Source: an uncultured Micavibrio sp. (GTDB lineage Bacteria; Pseudomonadota; Alphaproteobacteria; Micavibrionales; UBA1664). From it: a DNA stretch of 64,000 bases. Location of the stretch: contig CAZHEE010000005.1 of the NCBI GenBank assembly GCA_964531715.1, positions 21,365 to 85,364 on the forward strand. Reading direction: 5' to 3'. The notes beneath the pieces were generated by a model that searched no databases, was not told the origin of the DNA, and saw only the letters and a list, made by a program, of their open reading frames with translations. The position numbers were made by a program, and so were the translations under genes. Position 1 is the first letter of the stretch, and each line of letters starts with the position of its first letter. This document shows positions 9,667 to 20,202 of the stretch, piece after piece.

Positions 9667-10280
9667 CGTGTTGGTCTTAATATTTGATTAGCATTAGACC
9701 CACGCTGAATAATGAACAATTCTACTTCTCCACCTCTAGTTTTTTCATTAACAAAAACACGACCTTCGCGTAAGGCACATTCCAAAAATGTGGTTTTACC
9801 TTCAAAATCAGCCATTACAGTTGCAACATTTTCTTGTTCTCTATCACCTATTAAAGGCGATAAATCTACAAGACCATCATTAGTAGCTGAATAACCTTTA
9901 CCAGCTTGAAAACCACGTTGCTGAACACCAATAACAGTATCTACCTTAGGATTAACACCATCAGCAGTAGCTTTTAATACACCGATACGTTGTCCATGCA
10001 GTGTTGCGATAGCAACCTGTACACCACATTCATTTAATTTAGAATTATCATCATCATCATCATCGCGATCACTGTTTTGTCTTGATGGCTCAGGTCTTGA
10101 TGGCTCATCTCTACTTGGCGGCGCTTCAGGATCTTTTGTTTTAGGGTCTGATTCATTCTTTACATCAACACCGCTGACATCAAATCGATTTGCTTCAGCA
10201 GTGCTAGGCGTTAGCATAAATGTTCCTACTGCTCCTGCTACTGCAAATACCACTGCTGGTCTTTTCAAAATTTCTAACAT
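9663..10280 (-). CDS. Secreted acidic protein of unknown function
   Basis: A signal-peptide-like N-terminus (AVVFAVAGAVGTFMLTPSTAEA) is followed by a P/S/R/E/D low-complexity region with a D6 run, then a ~120-aa C-terminal domain with 2 Cys. Codon usage differs visibly from the neighbours. Confidence 0.6.
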   Translation of the reverse strand: MLEILKRPAVVFAVAGAVGTFMLTPSTAEANRFDVSGVDVKNESDPKTKDPEAPPSRDEPSRPEPSRQNSDRDDDDDDNSKLNECGVQVAIATLHGQRIGVLKATADGVNPKVDTVIGVQQRGFQAGKGYSATNDGLVDLSPLIGDREQENVATVMADFEGKTTFLECALREGRVFVNEKTRGGEVELFIIQRGSNANQILRPTR

Positions 10281-10341
10281 TTTAATCTCCTTTATTATTT
10301 AGATACTTATTAACGTAATATTAATATTAAGTCAAATTTTT

Positions 10342-12009
10342 TTATTTATGTTTTTTAAAAACATAGGTTCCTGGGGCGTTTCCATATGTCTTGCCTTGAA
10401 AACCTATTGGTTTATGTTTGGTTCCCTTGTTACGTGAATTAATCCATTTTTGCCAATGTAACCACCATGAGCCTTCATGCTTTTCGCCATTTGCCTCATA
10501 CCCATATTTATTTTTATGGGGAGGGTTGATAACCCCCGCAATATGCCCCGACCCTGCGAGAACATATTCATGCGCCCCGCCATATAACGCCGCCCCTTCT
10601 TTGACTGCTTTATGCGGTGCGATATGGTCATCCTGCGTGGCGAGGAAATAGGCAGGTGTTTTAATGGTTTTAAGGTCAAGTTTCTGTCCGAATATCTTAT
10701 ATTCACCTTTGGCAAGTGCATTGTCCATATAAAAGGATTTCAAGTAATCCATATGCATTGCGGCCGGTAAATTCGTTACATCACTGTTCCAGTAAAGCAG
10801 GTCAAATGCCATCGGCTCGCGCCCCAAAAAATAATTATTAATCACAAAATTCCAAATTAAATCGGATGAGCGGAGGAGGGAGAAGGTCAGGCTCATCACG
10901 CGTCCATCCATCACGCCGTCTTTTGCAATCATGCTGTTAAGGCTTTCGAGTTGATCGACCCCGATAAAATTTTTAATGTCACCGGCATGCTCAAAATCCA
11001 GTAAAGTCGTCAAAAATGTTGCTGATTGAAATGGATTTGACTTGTTTTGACCTGATAATGATGCCAAAACGAGCCCTAATAATGTGCCGCCGATGCAATA
11101 TCCCATGGCATTGATTGGCGTGTTTGCACCTTCAACCGACTGTATTTCCTGCGCGGCCTGCATGACGCCATCCGTGATATAATCCTCAAAACCGATATGC
11201 GCATGACTTGCATCAGGGTTCACCCATGAGATGCAATAAACCTTATGCCCTTGCCCAACCAACCATTTTATAAAGGAATTTTCTTCCGCCAAATCCAGAA
11301 TATAATATTTATTAATCCAAGGCGGAATAATAAGAAGCGGCTCTGCATAAGCCTCGTTTGTTGTCGGTTCAAAGCGTATGAGCTCCATCAAATTATTGCG
11401 ATAACTAACCTGCCCTTTTGTTATCGCGATATTCCTGCCTATTTCAAAAGCATTGCTATCCACCATTGTGATAAAGCCGTTTTCGATATCTCTTGTCAGG
11501 TTCTCCATGCCTTTCAGGAGGTTCTGACCCTGTGTAGAAAGCGTCTCTTCGATAATATCCGGATTGAGAAACGGAAAATTGCGCGGATTCATGCTGTCCA
11601 GCATGTGCCGTGTTATAAATTTGAGTTTTTCACGCTCGCTTTCGGGCATATCAAATGTATCGGCCTCAATCGTTGTAATCATCCATTCCGCGGATTTAAG
11701 GTAAATGTCCTTAAGCCAGCTAAAATAAGGGTTATCCTGCCATTTCTCGCTTTTAAAATATTTAGATTGCGGTGAAAAAGAGGGCGTATTGCCTTGCATG
11801 AATTGCAGGTAATCATGGCTCAAATCAACAAAACGTTGCGGGTTTTTCCAATAGTCCGCCCAGTAATGTGTCATGGATTGCATGAATGTCGCCTGCATGG
11901 CAGCCAGCGCCGGGGGGAATTCAGGGTTCTTTTCCGCCATAACGGCATATAGCTTTTGCATTTTTTGCATGGCTTGCATTTGAAAGGCGAAAAAATCAGG
12001 CTCAGACAT
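10342..12009 (-). CDS. phaC: Poly(3-hydroxyalkanoate) synthase, class I
   Basis: Lipase box GYCIGG, alpha/beta-hydrolase core and about 555 aa. The start is taken at ATG 12009; the ORF track uses TTG at 12015. Confidence 0.9.
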   Translation of the reverse strand: MSEPDFFAFQMQAMQKMQKLYAVMAEKNPEFPPALAAMQATFMQSMTHYWADYWKNPQRFVDLSHDYLQFMQGNTPSFSPQSKYFKSEKWQDNPYFSWLKDIYLKSAEWMITTIEADTFDMPESEREKLKFITRHMLDSMNPRNFPFLNPDIIEETLSTQGQNLLKGMENLTRDIENGFITMVDSNAFEIGRNIAITKGQVSYRNNLMELIRFEPTTNEAYAEPLLIIPPWINKYYILDLAEENSFIKWLVGQGHKVYCISWVNPDASHAHIGFEDYITDGVMQAAQEIQSVEGANTPINAMGYCIGGTLLGLVLASLSGQNKSNPFQSATFLTTLLDFEHAGDIKNFIGVDQLESLNSMIAKDGVMDGRVMSLTFSLLRSSDLIWNFVINNYFLGREPMAFDLLYWNSDVTNLPAAMHMDYLKSFYMDNALAKGEYKIFGQKLDLKTIKTPAYFLATQDDHIAPHKAVKEGAALYGGAHEYVLAGSGHIAGVINPPHKNKYGYEANGEKHEGSWWLHWQKWINSRNKGTKHKPIGFQGKTYGNAPGTYVFKKHK

Positions 12010-12119
12010 CGGCAAAGAGTATCAAAATTTGCGGGATAATCCAGTCTTAACCCTTGCTATGATGATAATAATTCGCCACTATCGGCAAAAATAATTGACG
12101 AGTATACGGAATAGTGACC

Positions 12120-12701
12120 ATGAATAAAATTTTCCTTACAATCGCTTTAATATCTGTCAGCGCATTATCAACAGGCTGTGCGCAAATGACGGATATAAAG
12201 GGTAACGCCTCCCAATGGTTTCAAGGTGAAAAACTTCATGATGAACCGCAAAGGCTGGCAGAATCATCACGCTATCGCGATATTGATCGTGCTTCGCTGT
12301 TTTCCAACCAGAATGTGACTGTCTTTTCTCTCGATGGTGATGTTGAGGCGCAACAAAGGCAAATGAACACATCCGGAAATACGGGTGGCATGACCGCTTT
12401 TGACCCGAGCGTGGAGGTGTTTGCGGTTGATAATTCAACTTTCCGCCCGTCTTATATCCCCGAATATGCCGTGCCATCCTTTGGCAATCAAAAGACAATG
12501 GCGAATAATTCGACTGTTTTGCAACGACCTAGCCCATCTTTGACCGGGCAGGTGGAACGACCTGACATTAAATTTGCACCCGTGGCCATGGTTCCGCGCG
12601 CACCTGTCTTTGAGGGGCAAAATATGATGAACCCGAACACGCCATCGGTTATTGACAGCCCTTCAAGGCGTAGCCCTCCCATCCTCACCGCATATGAATA
12701 G
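12120..12701 (+). CDS. Proline-rich lipoprotein of unknown function
   Basis: Lipobox LSTGC at the end of a signal peptide (MNKIFLTIALISVSALSTGCAQ). I recognise no domain. Confidence 0.6.
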   Translation: MNKIFLTIALISVSALSTGCAQMTDIKGNASQWFQGEKLHDEPQRLAESSRYRDIDRASLFSNQNVTVFSLDGDVEAQQRQMNTSGNTGGMTAFDPSVEVFAVDNSTFRPSYIPEYAVPSFGNQKTMANNSTVLQRPSPSLTGQVERPDIKFAPVAMVPRAPVFEGQNMMNPNTPSVIDSPSRRSPPILTAYE

Positions 12702-12720
12702 AATCAGTTAAGCTTAAGGC

Positions 12721-14571
12721 ATGATTCAGGCGGCAATTAAAAATTATGATTTAGAAGAATGCCAAAACCCCTTTAAAGGCAAACTCTCTGTTAAGGGCAA
12801 GTCATGGGTCATGCCCTTGATTAATGAGATGCGGGTTGCGGCATTGCTCCAACAACATAATATTCCTGAAATCATTGCACGCATAATCGTGTCACGTGAT
12901 CTTGATAAAGGGTGCATTGACCGCTTTTTGACACCTAAAATAGCACGCGATTTCCCGGACCCCTTTAAATTGGCGAATATGCGTGACGCGTCATGCTCTC
13001 TTTCTGACGCAATTATGAGCGGTAAAAAAATTGGTATTATCGCCGATTTTGATGTTGATGGCGCGACCAGTTGCGCCGTTTTGAAAAATTTTTTGGATAG
13101 TGTGACAAATGAGAATAATGTTGTTCCGTTCTTTATTCCTGATCGTCTTAATGATGGTTACGGTCCATCAGTTAAGGCTTTTGATACGCTAAAGGCTCAA
13201 AATTGTGAGATTATTGTCATTCTTGATAGTGGCATAACATCATTAGAGCCGATTAAATATGCGCGCTCCATCGGAATGGAAGTCATTGTCATTGACCATC
13301 ATGAGCCTGAAATGACACTCCCTGACGCCAATTTTATTATTAATCCGAAGCTTGAAGAGTGTCAAAGTGGCTATGATTATATGGCGGCGGTCGGGATTAC
13401 ATTTATGTTTTGCATCGCCATGAATGTCACTTTGCGTCAAAAAGGGTATTATAATGAGGTCACTGAACCAAGCATGAAACCTCTTATGGATTTGGTTGCG
13501 CTTGGCACGGTGTGCGATATGGTGCCACTAATCGATGCAAACCGCCTGTTTGTGAAGTATGGCTTTCATCAGATGGCAACACTCGATAATATCGGTTTAA
13601 AAGCACTCCTTGCCGTCTCCAACATAAAAGGCTTGCCCGATCCATATCATGCAGGCTTTATGCTCGGCCCCAGGATAAATGCAGGGTCGCGCGTCCATCA
13701 AAGTGATCTTGGTGCGCAACTGCTTTTGGCAAAAAATGATGATGAGGCAATGCGGCTGGCGTGGCTTCTCAATGATTGTAACGAAAAGCGCAAAATGTTG
13801 CAAAAGGATATGACGCGCGAAGCCATGGCCAAGGCTAAAGAGCATCTTATCAATCATCCGCAATGTCATAGCCTTGTGATTGATGGTCAAGGCTGGCATA
13901 CGGGGCTGAGCGGTCTGGTCGCAGGTGCGCTTAAAGATAAATATAATAAACCGGCCTGCATCATTGCCTATGTTGAGACAGAAAATGGCAACATTGAGGG
14001 CAGGGCATCCGGACGCTCTATAGCAGGTGTTCATCTGGCAAATATTTTCATTGAGGGACAGCAAAATGGCTTGCTTGAAAAAGGCGGCGGGCACGCGATG
14101 GCTGGCGGATTTACGATCAAGCCTCAAAATGTCGAGGCTTTCCGCGTATTTTTTGAGGAAAAAACTGTTGAGGCACTGCGTGAGGACAAAGACAGTCAAA
14201 ATAACAATATCTTGATTGAGAGTTGCCTATCGGTTCAAAGTCTCACCATGCAAACGGCAGATTTATTGATAAATGCCCTTGCCCCATTCGGTATGGGACA
14301 TCCCGAACCGAATATTATTTTGAGTGACATATGTATTGATTATGCGGAGCAGGTGGGTGGCAACCACCTCCGCTGTAACATCCGCGATATAAGCGGTGGT
14401 CGCGCAATGAAAGCTATGGCTTTTAAAGCGTTAGAGACGGATCTGGGCACTTTGCTGACACAATCAAAAGGGACGGGCAGAGCACTCCACCTGCATGGTC
14501 AGGTCAAGATTAATGAATGGCAAGGCAATAAAACGGTTGAGTTTCACATTACAGATGCGATGGAGGCTTAG
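12721..14571 (+). CDS. recJ: Single-stranded-DNA-specific exonuclease RecJ
   Basis: DHH motifs IIADFDVDGATS, VIVLDSG and VIDHH, and a DHHA1 motif GGGHAMAGG. Confidence 0.9.
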   Translation: MIQAAIKNYDLEECQNPFKGKLSVKGKSWVMPLINEMRVAALLQQHNIPEIIARIIVSRDLDKGCIDRFLTPKIARDFPDPFKLANMRDASCSLSDAIMSGKKIGIIADFDVDGATSCAVLKNFLDSVTNENNVVPFFIPDRLNDGYGPSVKAFDTLKAQNCEIIVILDSGITSLEPIKYARSIGMEVIVIDHHEPEMTLPDANFIINPKLEECQSGYDYMAAVGITFMFCIAMNVTLRQKGYYNEVTEPSMKPLMDLVALGTVCDMVPLIDANRLFVKYGFHQMATLDNIGLKALLAVSNIKGLPDPYHAGFMLGPRINAGSRVHQSDLGAQLLLAKNDDEAMRLAWLLNDCNEKRKMLQKDMTREAMAKAKEHLINHPQCHSLVIDGQGWHTGLSGLVAGALKDKYNKPACIIAYVETENGNIEGRASGRSIAGVHLANIFIEGQQNGLLEKGGGHAMAGGFTIKPQNVEAFRVFFEEKTVEALREDKDSQNNNILIESCLSVQSLTMQTADLLINALAPFGMGHPEPNIILSDICIDYAEQVGGNHLRCNIRDISGGRAMKAMAFKALETDLGTLLTQSKGTGRALHLHGQVKINEWQGNKTVEFHITDAMEA

Positions 14572-14664
14572 AAAAATTGCAAAAAAGGCTTGATTTCATG
14601 TGCCGAAACCCATTATATACATTCAACCAAGGCAAAATCTGGAATTTGCACGATTTTTAATCAT

Positions 14665-14740
14665 GTCCCGTTCGTCTAGAGGCCTAGGACACCGCCCTTT
14701 CACGGCGGCAACACGGGTTCGAATCCCGTACGGGATGCCA
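14665..14740 (+). tRNA. tRNA-Glu (anticodon UUC)
   Basis: Cloverleaf with anticodon stem ccgcc/ggcgg and loop ctTTCac, T-arm gggttcgaatccc, and a 3' CCA. Confidence 0.9.
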
Positions 14741-14799
14741 TTAAATAAACGGATTTAAATACTTAAACAGATTATTGATAACAAACGAAAAATTCTGAT

Positions 14800-16071
14800 T
14801 TGACCATATCCAATTTTGATGATTTAGGACTTCATAATGACATTTTAAAAGCTGTCAAAGAGGTCGGCTATGAAACCCCCACTGAAATTCAGGCAAAGGC
14901 CATTCCTGCAATTTTGATGATGAAGGATATTATCGGCATTGCCCAGACGGGAACGGGTAAAACAGGCGCATTCACGCTTCCGATGATTGAGGTTTTACAA
15001 GGTGGCGTTGCAAAGGCACGCATGCCGCGTGCGTTGGTTTTGACACCGACAAGGGAGCTGGCCGCACAGGTTGCCGAAAATATAGAGCTTTATTCAAAAT
15101 ATTTACACCTCAGCCATGCCTTAATTGTGGGTGGAGTTCAAGCGAATGATCAGATTGCCAAGCTTGAGCGTGGCGTTGACATTTTGATTGCAACACCCGG
15201 GAGGCTTTTGGATTTGCAAGAGCGCGGTAATGTCCTTTTGCGTGATATCAAGTTTCTTGTGATTGACGAGGCCGACCGCATGCTCGATATGGGGTTTATT
15301 CCTGACATTGAGAAAATTATTGGCTTCCTGCCTGCGCTACGTCAAAATTTATTATTTTCTGCGACTATGCCAAAGCCTATTCAGAAATTGGCTGAAAAGC
15401 TGATGGATAATCCAAAAGTTATTGAGATAGAACGCCAATCTTCGACAACGGCCAATGTCACCCAGAAATTAATCATTGTTCAAAATGAAGCCTCAAAAGT
15501 GGGTCATCTGGTTCAATTTTTGAAAGATAAGCAAGTCGATTCCGCCTTTATCTTTTGTAATCGTAAGCGCGATATTGATAAATATGCCGTTGCGCTTGAG
15601 AAGGCAGGTATAAAGGCAAGCCCGCTCCATGGTGATATGTCACAATCGGCGCGGACAAGCACGCTTCAGAAATTCAAGGATAGAGAGCTAGATATCTTGG
15701 TGTGTAGTGACGTTGCCGCGCGTGGTATTGATGTGTCCGATGTCTCTCATGTTTTTAATATGGATTTGCCAACAAATGCGGAAGATTACGTCCACCGTAT
15801 CGGCAGGACTGGCCGTGCAGGTAAAGAAGGTGAAGCCTTTAGTTTTGTAGTGCTTAAAACAGATGAAAAATATCTGGAAGCGATTGAGGGCATAATCGGA
15901 AATGCAATTGGGCGCATAGAGCTTACAAAGCCAAAAATAGTCAAAACAGATCAAAAACAGGTCAAAAACAAGTCAAATTCGCGTCAAAAAAGTCAAAATG
16001 AGGTCATTGACACTGATTCACCAATCGGTTTCGGGAATGATTTGCCTGACTTTATGGCGATTGGTCGTTAA
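14800..16071 (+). CDS. DEAD-box ATP-dependent RNA helicase (RhlE-like)
   Basis: Q-motif F..LGL...PTEIQ, then AQTGTGKT, DEAD, SAT and HRIGRTGRAG. TTG start. Confidence 0.9.
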   Translation: MTISNFDDLGLHNDILKAVKEVGYETPTEIQAKAIPAILMMKDIIGIAQTGTGKTGAFTLPMIEVLQGGVAKARMPRALVLTPTRELAAQVAENIELYSKYLHLSHALIVGGVQANDQIAKLERGVDILIATPGRLLDLQERGNVLLRDIKFLVIDEADRMLDMGFIPDIEKIIGFLPALRQNLLFSATMPKPIQKLAEKLMDNPKVIEIERQSSTTANVTQKLIIVQNEASKVGHLVQFLKDKQVDSAFIFCNRKRDIDKYAVALEKAGIKASPLHGDMSQSARTSTLQKFKDRELDILVCSDVAARGIDVSDVSHVFNMDLPTNAEDYVHRIGRTGRAGKEGEAFSFVVLKTDEKYLEAIEGIIGNAIGRIELTKPKIVKTDQKQVKNKSNSRQKSQNEVIDTDSPIGFGNDLPDFMAIGR

Positions 16072-16123
16072 TGGCCTTAAAAGCTTTGTTGACAGTATAG
16101 AGCGGCGCTCTCAAAATAACAGT

Positions 16124-18340
16124 ATGTTTTCAATGCATTTTACCGTCACTTTTTTCTTAATGCTTGTCACGGTATGCGCTTTTCATATGACTGCACATGC
16201 GCAGGTAACTGTTCAAACATTTGTTAATTCTGACCTCCTCATTTATAATCAGGACAGTAATATCGTTGAGGCGAGCGGCAATGTTGTGATTACTCAAGGC
16301 AGTCGAACTCTTGAAGCGGATAAGGTCAGCTATAATCTTGATATGGATGAAGCGGTGGCGAGTGGCAATGTTATCCTGCGCGATATAGATGGCAGTATTC
16401 ATTATGCCGATGATTTTACGCTCAGTAATGCCATGACAGAAGGTTTTGTCAGCAGTCTTTATACGGTACTCGATGACGGCTCGCGCCTGTGGGCTGCGCG
16501 CGCGGTACGTGAAACCCCTGACAAACATGTTCTTGAAAAGGCGCGCTATACACCATGTCAGGCTTGCGAGATAAACCCTGACCGTAAGCCGGCATGGGCT
16601 TTGCGGGCATCCGAAGTGACGCATAATCAAGAGACGGCCTCTATTCAATATGAAGATGTCTGGTTTGAAGCTTGGGGTCAACCTGTGGCCTATATCCCTT
16701 ATTTTAGCCACCCTGACGGCTCAATAGACCAAAAAAGCGGTTTTTTAGCCCCGGTCGTCGGTTTTGGAAGTGATTACGGTTTTAATGCGATGAGTAGTTA
16801 TTACTGGGCCATTGCGCCTGATTTCGATGCGACAATCGGCGCGCGTGTTTTTACAAAAGCACAGCCTCAACTTAATCTTGAGCTGAGAAAACGATATGAG
16901 AATGCAGCTGTAACGGCTATCGGCTCGGCCACATATTCTGACCGAATTGACAGTGTAAATGGTATAAGTATCGCGCGTGATGATGAGTTTCGCGGCCACT
17001 TGGAACTGGACAGCCTTTGGAACATAAACCAATATTGGCGTGCAGGAACGGATTTAAAGGTCACAACAGACGAGCAATATTTGGAACAATATGATATTGA
17101 AGAAGATGAGGATGTTTTGACCAATCGAATTTTTGCAGAGCGATTTGAAAATCGTGATTATGCCTCGGTTGAATTGCTGGCTTTTCAGGACTTGCGGCTT
17201 GATACAGATGTTGACCAGCCGAATGCGCTACCCTATGCCAATATGTCTTTTATCAGCAAGCCTGATTCGGCTTTGGGTGGTCGTTTGCAGTGGGATAATT
17301 CATTTTTAAGCTTGTTTCGCGAGGGTAATGACCAGGATGTAAATCGCGTAAGCAGCCGCATTGCATGGCACAGACAAGATATATTACCTGCCGGTTTAAC
17401 CACCAAAACCGAATTATCCCTCAGAGGTGACGCTTACTATACTTCTGACCGTGATATTGCAAAGGTAGATCCGACCGAAGATGATGCGCAATTTGATACA
17501 CGTTTGATACCGACCGCCAATATTGAGGTTGCATATCCGCTTCAAAAACAGGTCATAAGAGGTCAAATTCGGGTCAAGCCTAAGCTTGGTTTAACCGCTC
17601 GCCCTGATGTGGATAATGATAGTGATATCCCAAATGAGGATAGTATTGACGCTCAAATTGATGTGACAAATTTGTTTGAGGCTGACCGTTTTCCGGGTCT
17701 TGACCGCGTTGAGGATCGTAGCCGCATCAATTATGGTGTTGAAACAGGTTTTTATACAGATGAAGGTGACCGCTATACTGCAGAAATCGGGCAATCTTAT
17801 CGCCTTGATGATGAGGATAATCCTTTTCCGAATGGCTCAGGCTTTGAGGAGCAAGCCTCGGACATTGTCGGGCAAATTGGCGCAAGTGTTAATGATGCGC
17901 GGCATAACCTAAATTACCGTTTTCAATTAAATGGGCAAAGTTTGAATGCAGAACGCCACGAAATTTTTGGCTCAACAAGGGTTAAAAACACACAATTATC
18001 CGCGATTTATTTCTTTGAAAAAGGTGCGGAGAATACAGAATTTACCGAGAGTAGGGAGCAAGTCACGGCAGCCCTGACGCAACAGGTTGGCGATAGCTGG
18101 ACCGTCCGGGCAGGCGCACTTTATGACCTTGGTGAAGAGCCGGGTTTGCGTCGATCAAGCCTCGGTATTGCCTATGATGATGAATGTTACGGGGTGTCAG
18201 CAGAGGTGCAGCGTGAGCTGCAACGTGAGGCATCAGGGTCAAATGACACGACAGTTTTTCTCCGTTTTCGCCTGAAAAATCTGGGAGAGTTTGAGGCGAC
18301 CGCCTATGATTACAGCTCACCTGTAGGGGGGGCATTATGA
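16124..18340 (+). CDS. lptD: LPS-assembly outer-membrane protein LptD
   Basis: The signal peptide ends AHAQ. It has an OstA-like N-domain (VEASGNVVITQGSRTLEADKVSYN...ASGNVIL) and a large beta-barrel. The start was moved to ATG 16124 to remove the overlap with the helicase gene. Confidence 0.85.
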   Translation: MFSMHFTVTFFLMLVTVCAFHMTAHAQVTVQTFVNSDLLIYNQDSNIVEASGNVVITQGSRTLEADKVSYNLDMDEAVASGNVILRDIDGSIHYADDFTLSNAMTEGFVSSLYTVLDDGSRLWAARAVRETPDKHVLEKARYTPCQACEINPDRKPAWALRASEVTHNQETASIQYEDVWFEAWGQPVAYIPYFSHPDGSIDQKSGFLAPVVGFGSDYGFNAMSSYYWAIAPDFDATIGARVFTKAQPQLNLELRKRYENAAVTAIGSATYSDRIDSVNGISIARDDEFRGHLELDSLWNINQYWRAGTDLKVTTDEQYLEQYDIEEDEDVLTNRIFAERFENRDYASVELLAFQDLRLDTDVDQPNALPYANMSFISKPDSALGGRLQWDNSFLSLFREGNDQDVNRVSSRIAWHRQDILPAGLTTKTELSLRGDAYYTSDRDIAKVDPTEDDAQFDTRLIPTANIEVAYPLQKQVIRGQIRVKPKLGLTARPDVDNDSDIPNEDSIDAQIDVTNLFEADRFPGLDRVEDRSRINYGVETGFYTDEGDRYTAEIGQSYRLDDEDNPFPNGSGFEEQASDIVGQIGASVNDARHNLNYRFQLNGQSLNAERHEIFGSTRVKNTQLSAIYFFEKGAENTEFTESREQVTAALTQQVGDSWTVRAGALYDLGEEPGLRRSSLGIAYDDECYGVSAEVQRELQREASGSNDTTVFLRFRLKNLGEFEATAYDYSSPVGGAL

Positions 18341-20202
18341 TAGATTTACCGATGCAAATGCATATGTGGTTCGGGATAATCGTGACCTTGCTTGCGGTTT
18401 ACTCATTTGCAAAGGAAAAAATTTCCCTTGAAATGACGGCTTTGTCACTGGTTGCTGTCTTGTTGATATATGGGCAGATTTTTCCTGTCAATGATGCGGC
18501 AGGGGATAATCTTTTAAACCCGACAAGCCTTCTGGCAGGCTTTGCCAATCCATCACTCATGGCGGTTCTTGCGCTCCTGATTATGGGGCAGGGGATGCTA
18601 CAGACGGAGGCGTTGCGCCCGATAACGCAGCTTTTTAAGGTCAAAAACAAGTCATGGGGCAAAATTGCGGTTATTTTGCTTATACTTTTTGTGCTTGTCG
18701 CATCAGCTTTTATGAATAATACACCGCTTGTTATTCTTGCGATTCCAATCCTTCAGGTGCTGTGCAACAATATTCAGATACCGCAATCAAAGGTCATGAT
18801 ACCGCTTAGTTTCGGGGCAATTTTAGGGGGGATGACCACTCTTATCGGGTCATCCACAAACCTTTTGGTGTCAAGTGCCATGACCGATATTGGGTTTGAG
18901 CCGCTTGATTTTTTTGAATTTACAATCGTCGGGGCAATGATGGCCGCGGTCGGTTTCATCTATGTTGCCTTCATATTACCGTTTTTACTGCCGAATCGTG
19001 AATCGCTTGCCAATCACTTGTCGGGTCAGGATAAGCAATTTATTGCCGAAATTGATATTGAGGAGGGAAGCGCGCTGATTGGCGTTGAATGCGTCAATGG
19101 CAAATTTCCGAAGATGCCGGACATGAATATCCGCATGATCCAACGCTCAGGTCACGTTATTTTGCCGCCTTTTGAAGGCTATACCATTCATAAAGGCGAT
19201 ATCATTATTGTTGCGGCAACACGGTCCGCGTTAACAGATGTTCTCGGTTCCAATCCGGGCTTTTTGATTTCCGACCATGAAATTGAAAATGTTATTGAGA
19301 ATGAAGAGGATGATAACGCCGAGAACGAAGAAGGGTATGAGCTGAATACGCGTGTTTTGGCCGAAGTTATGATTACGCCGACATCGCGCTTGATTGATAT
19401 GTCGTTGGAACAAGCGGGGTTTGATAAACAATATGGCGCGGTCGTGCTGGGTATTCAACGCCGTGCGCGGGTTGTGCGCCGCCGTCTCGGTCGTGTAAAA
19501 TTAGAGGCAGGGGATGTTTTGCTGATTGCAGGATCGCAGGCATCGCTTGACCAAATGCGGTCCAGCACAGATTTTATTGTTATGGCAGGGAGCATTAAAG
19601 ATATGCCGCTGACCTCTAAAGCACCGATAGCCATGGCAATATTCTTGGCGACAATCGGCTCGGCAGCCCTTGGCTTTTTACCAATTCCAGTGGCCTCGAT
19701 TGCGGGTGCGATGGCCATGATTGCAACGGGATGTTTGAATTTGAAGCAAGCCTTACGCGCCGTTGACCGCAAGATTTATCTGCTTGTTGGTGCGGCGCTT
19801 GCGCTTGGTACCGTTCTTCAAGTCACAAAAGGCGCGGCGGCAATGGCTGATGTGCTGACCATTATGCCTTATGCAGATGATCCGCTTGTGTTAGCGTCCG
19901 TCTTGTTCATTTTGGTGGCGATTACAACCAATCTGCTCACCAATAATGCTTGCGCTATTCTTTACACGCCGATTGCAATGAATTTGGCGATTAATGCCAA
20001 TATTGACCCTTATATTTTCGCCGTTGTGGTTGTGATGGGGGCGAATTGCTCCTTCGCGTCACCGATTGGGTATCAGACGAATTTAATGGTCATGGGCCCG
20101 GGGCATTACAGGTTTAAGGACTTCATGAAGGCAGGGATACCGCTCATTATCGTGATGTGGATTACATTCACACTCATCGCAAAATATTATTATGGGTTAT
20201 AA
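18337..20202 (+). CDS. SLC13/DASS-superfamily anion permease with two central TrkA-C (RCK_C) domains (YfbS-like)
   Basis: Polytopic N- and C-terminal halves flank two soluble repeats (...GHVILPPFEGYTIHKGDIIIV... / ...LGRVKLEAGDVLLIAGS...). ATGA overlap with lptD. Confidence 0.8.
   Translation: MIDLPMQMHMWFGIIVTLLAVYSFAKEKISLEMTALSLVAVLLIYGQIFPVNDAAGDNLLNPTSLLAGFANPSLMAVLALLIMGQGMLQTEALRPITQLFKVKNKSWGKIAVILLILFVLVASAFMNNTPLVILAIPILQVLCNNIQIPQSKVMIPLSFGAILGGMTTLIGSSTNLLVSSAMTDIGFEPLDFFEFTIVGAMMAAVGFIYVAFILPFLLPNRESLANHLSGQDKQFIAEIDIEEGSALIGVECVNGKFPKMPDMNIRMIQRSGHVILPPFEGYTIHKGDIIIVAATRSALTDVLGSNPGFLISDHEIENVIENEEDDNAENEEGYELNTRVLAEVMITPTSRLIDMSLEQAGFDKQYGAVVLGIQRRARVVRRRLGRVKLEAGDVLLIAGSQASLDQMRSSTDFIVMAGSIKDMPLTSKAPIAMAIFLATIGSAALGFLPIPVASIAGAMAMIATGCLNLKQALRAVDRKIYLLVGAALALGTVLQVTKGAAAMADVLTIMPYADDPLVLASVLFILVAITTNLLTNNACAILYTPIAMNLAINANIDPYIFAVVVVMGANCSFASPIGYQTNLMVMGPGHYRFKDFMKAGIPLIIVMWITFTLIAKYYYGL

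Noticed and set aside
11245-11775. A 176-aa + strand ORF, and similar long antisense ORFs (13597..14199, 16157..16711, 31661..32191, 41454..41981, 45838..46287, 49077..49511, 60782..61288, 60864..61310, 55290..55739)
   Set aside because: Each lies wholly inside, and antisense to, a gene with strong family motifs (phaC, recJ, lptD, the coiled-coil gene, ymdB, the secreted protein, cobT-like, clpX, prfC). None has a motif or a plausible SD.
15998-16123. An N-terminal extension of lptD overlapping the helicase gene
   Set aside because: A signal peptide starts only at the Met encoded at 16124. The upstream part overlaps the DEAD-box helicase coding sequence.
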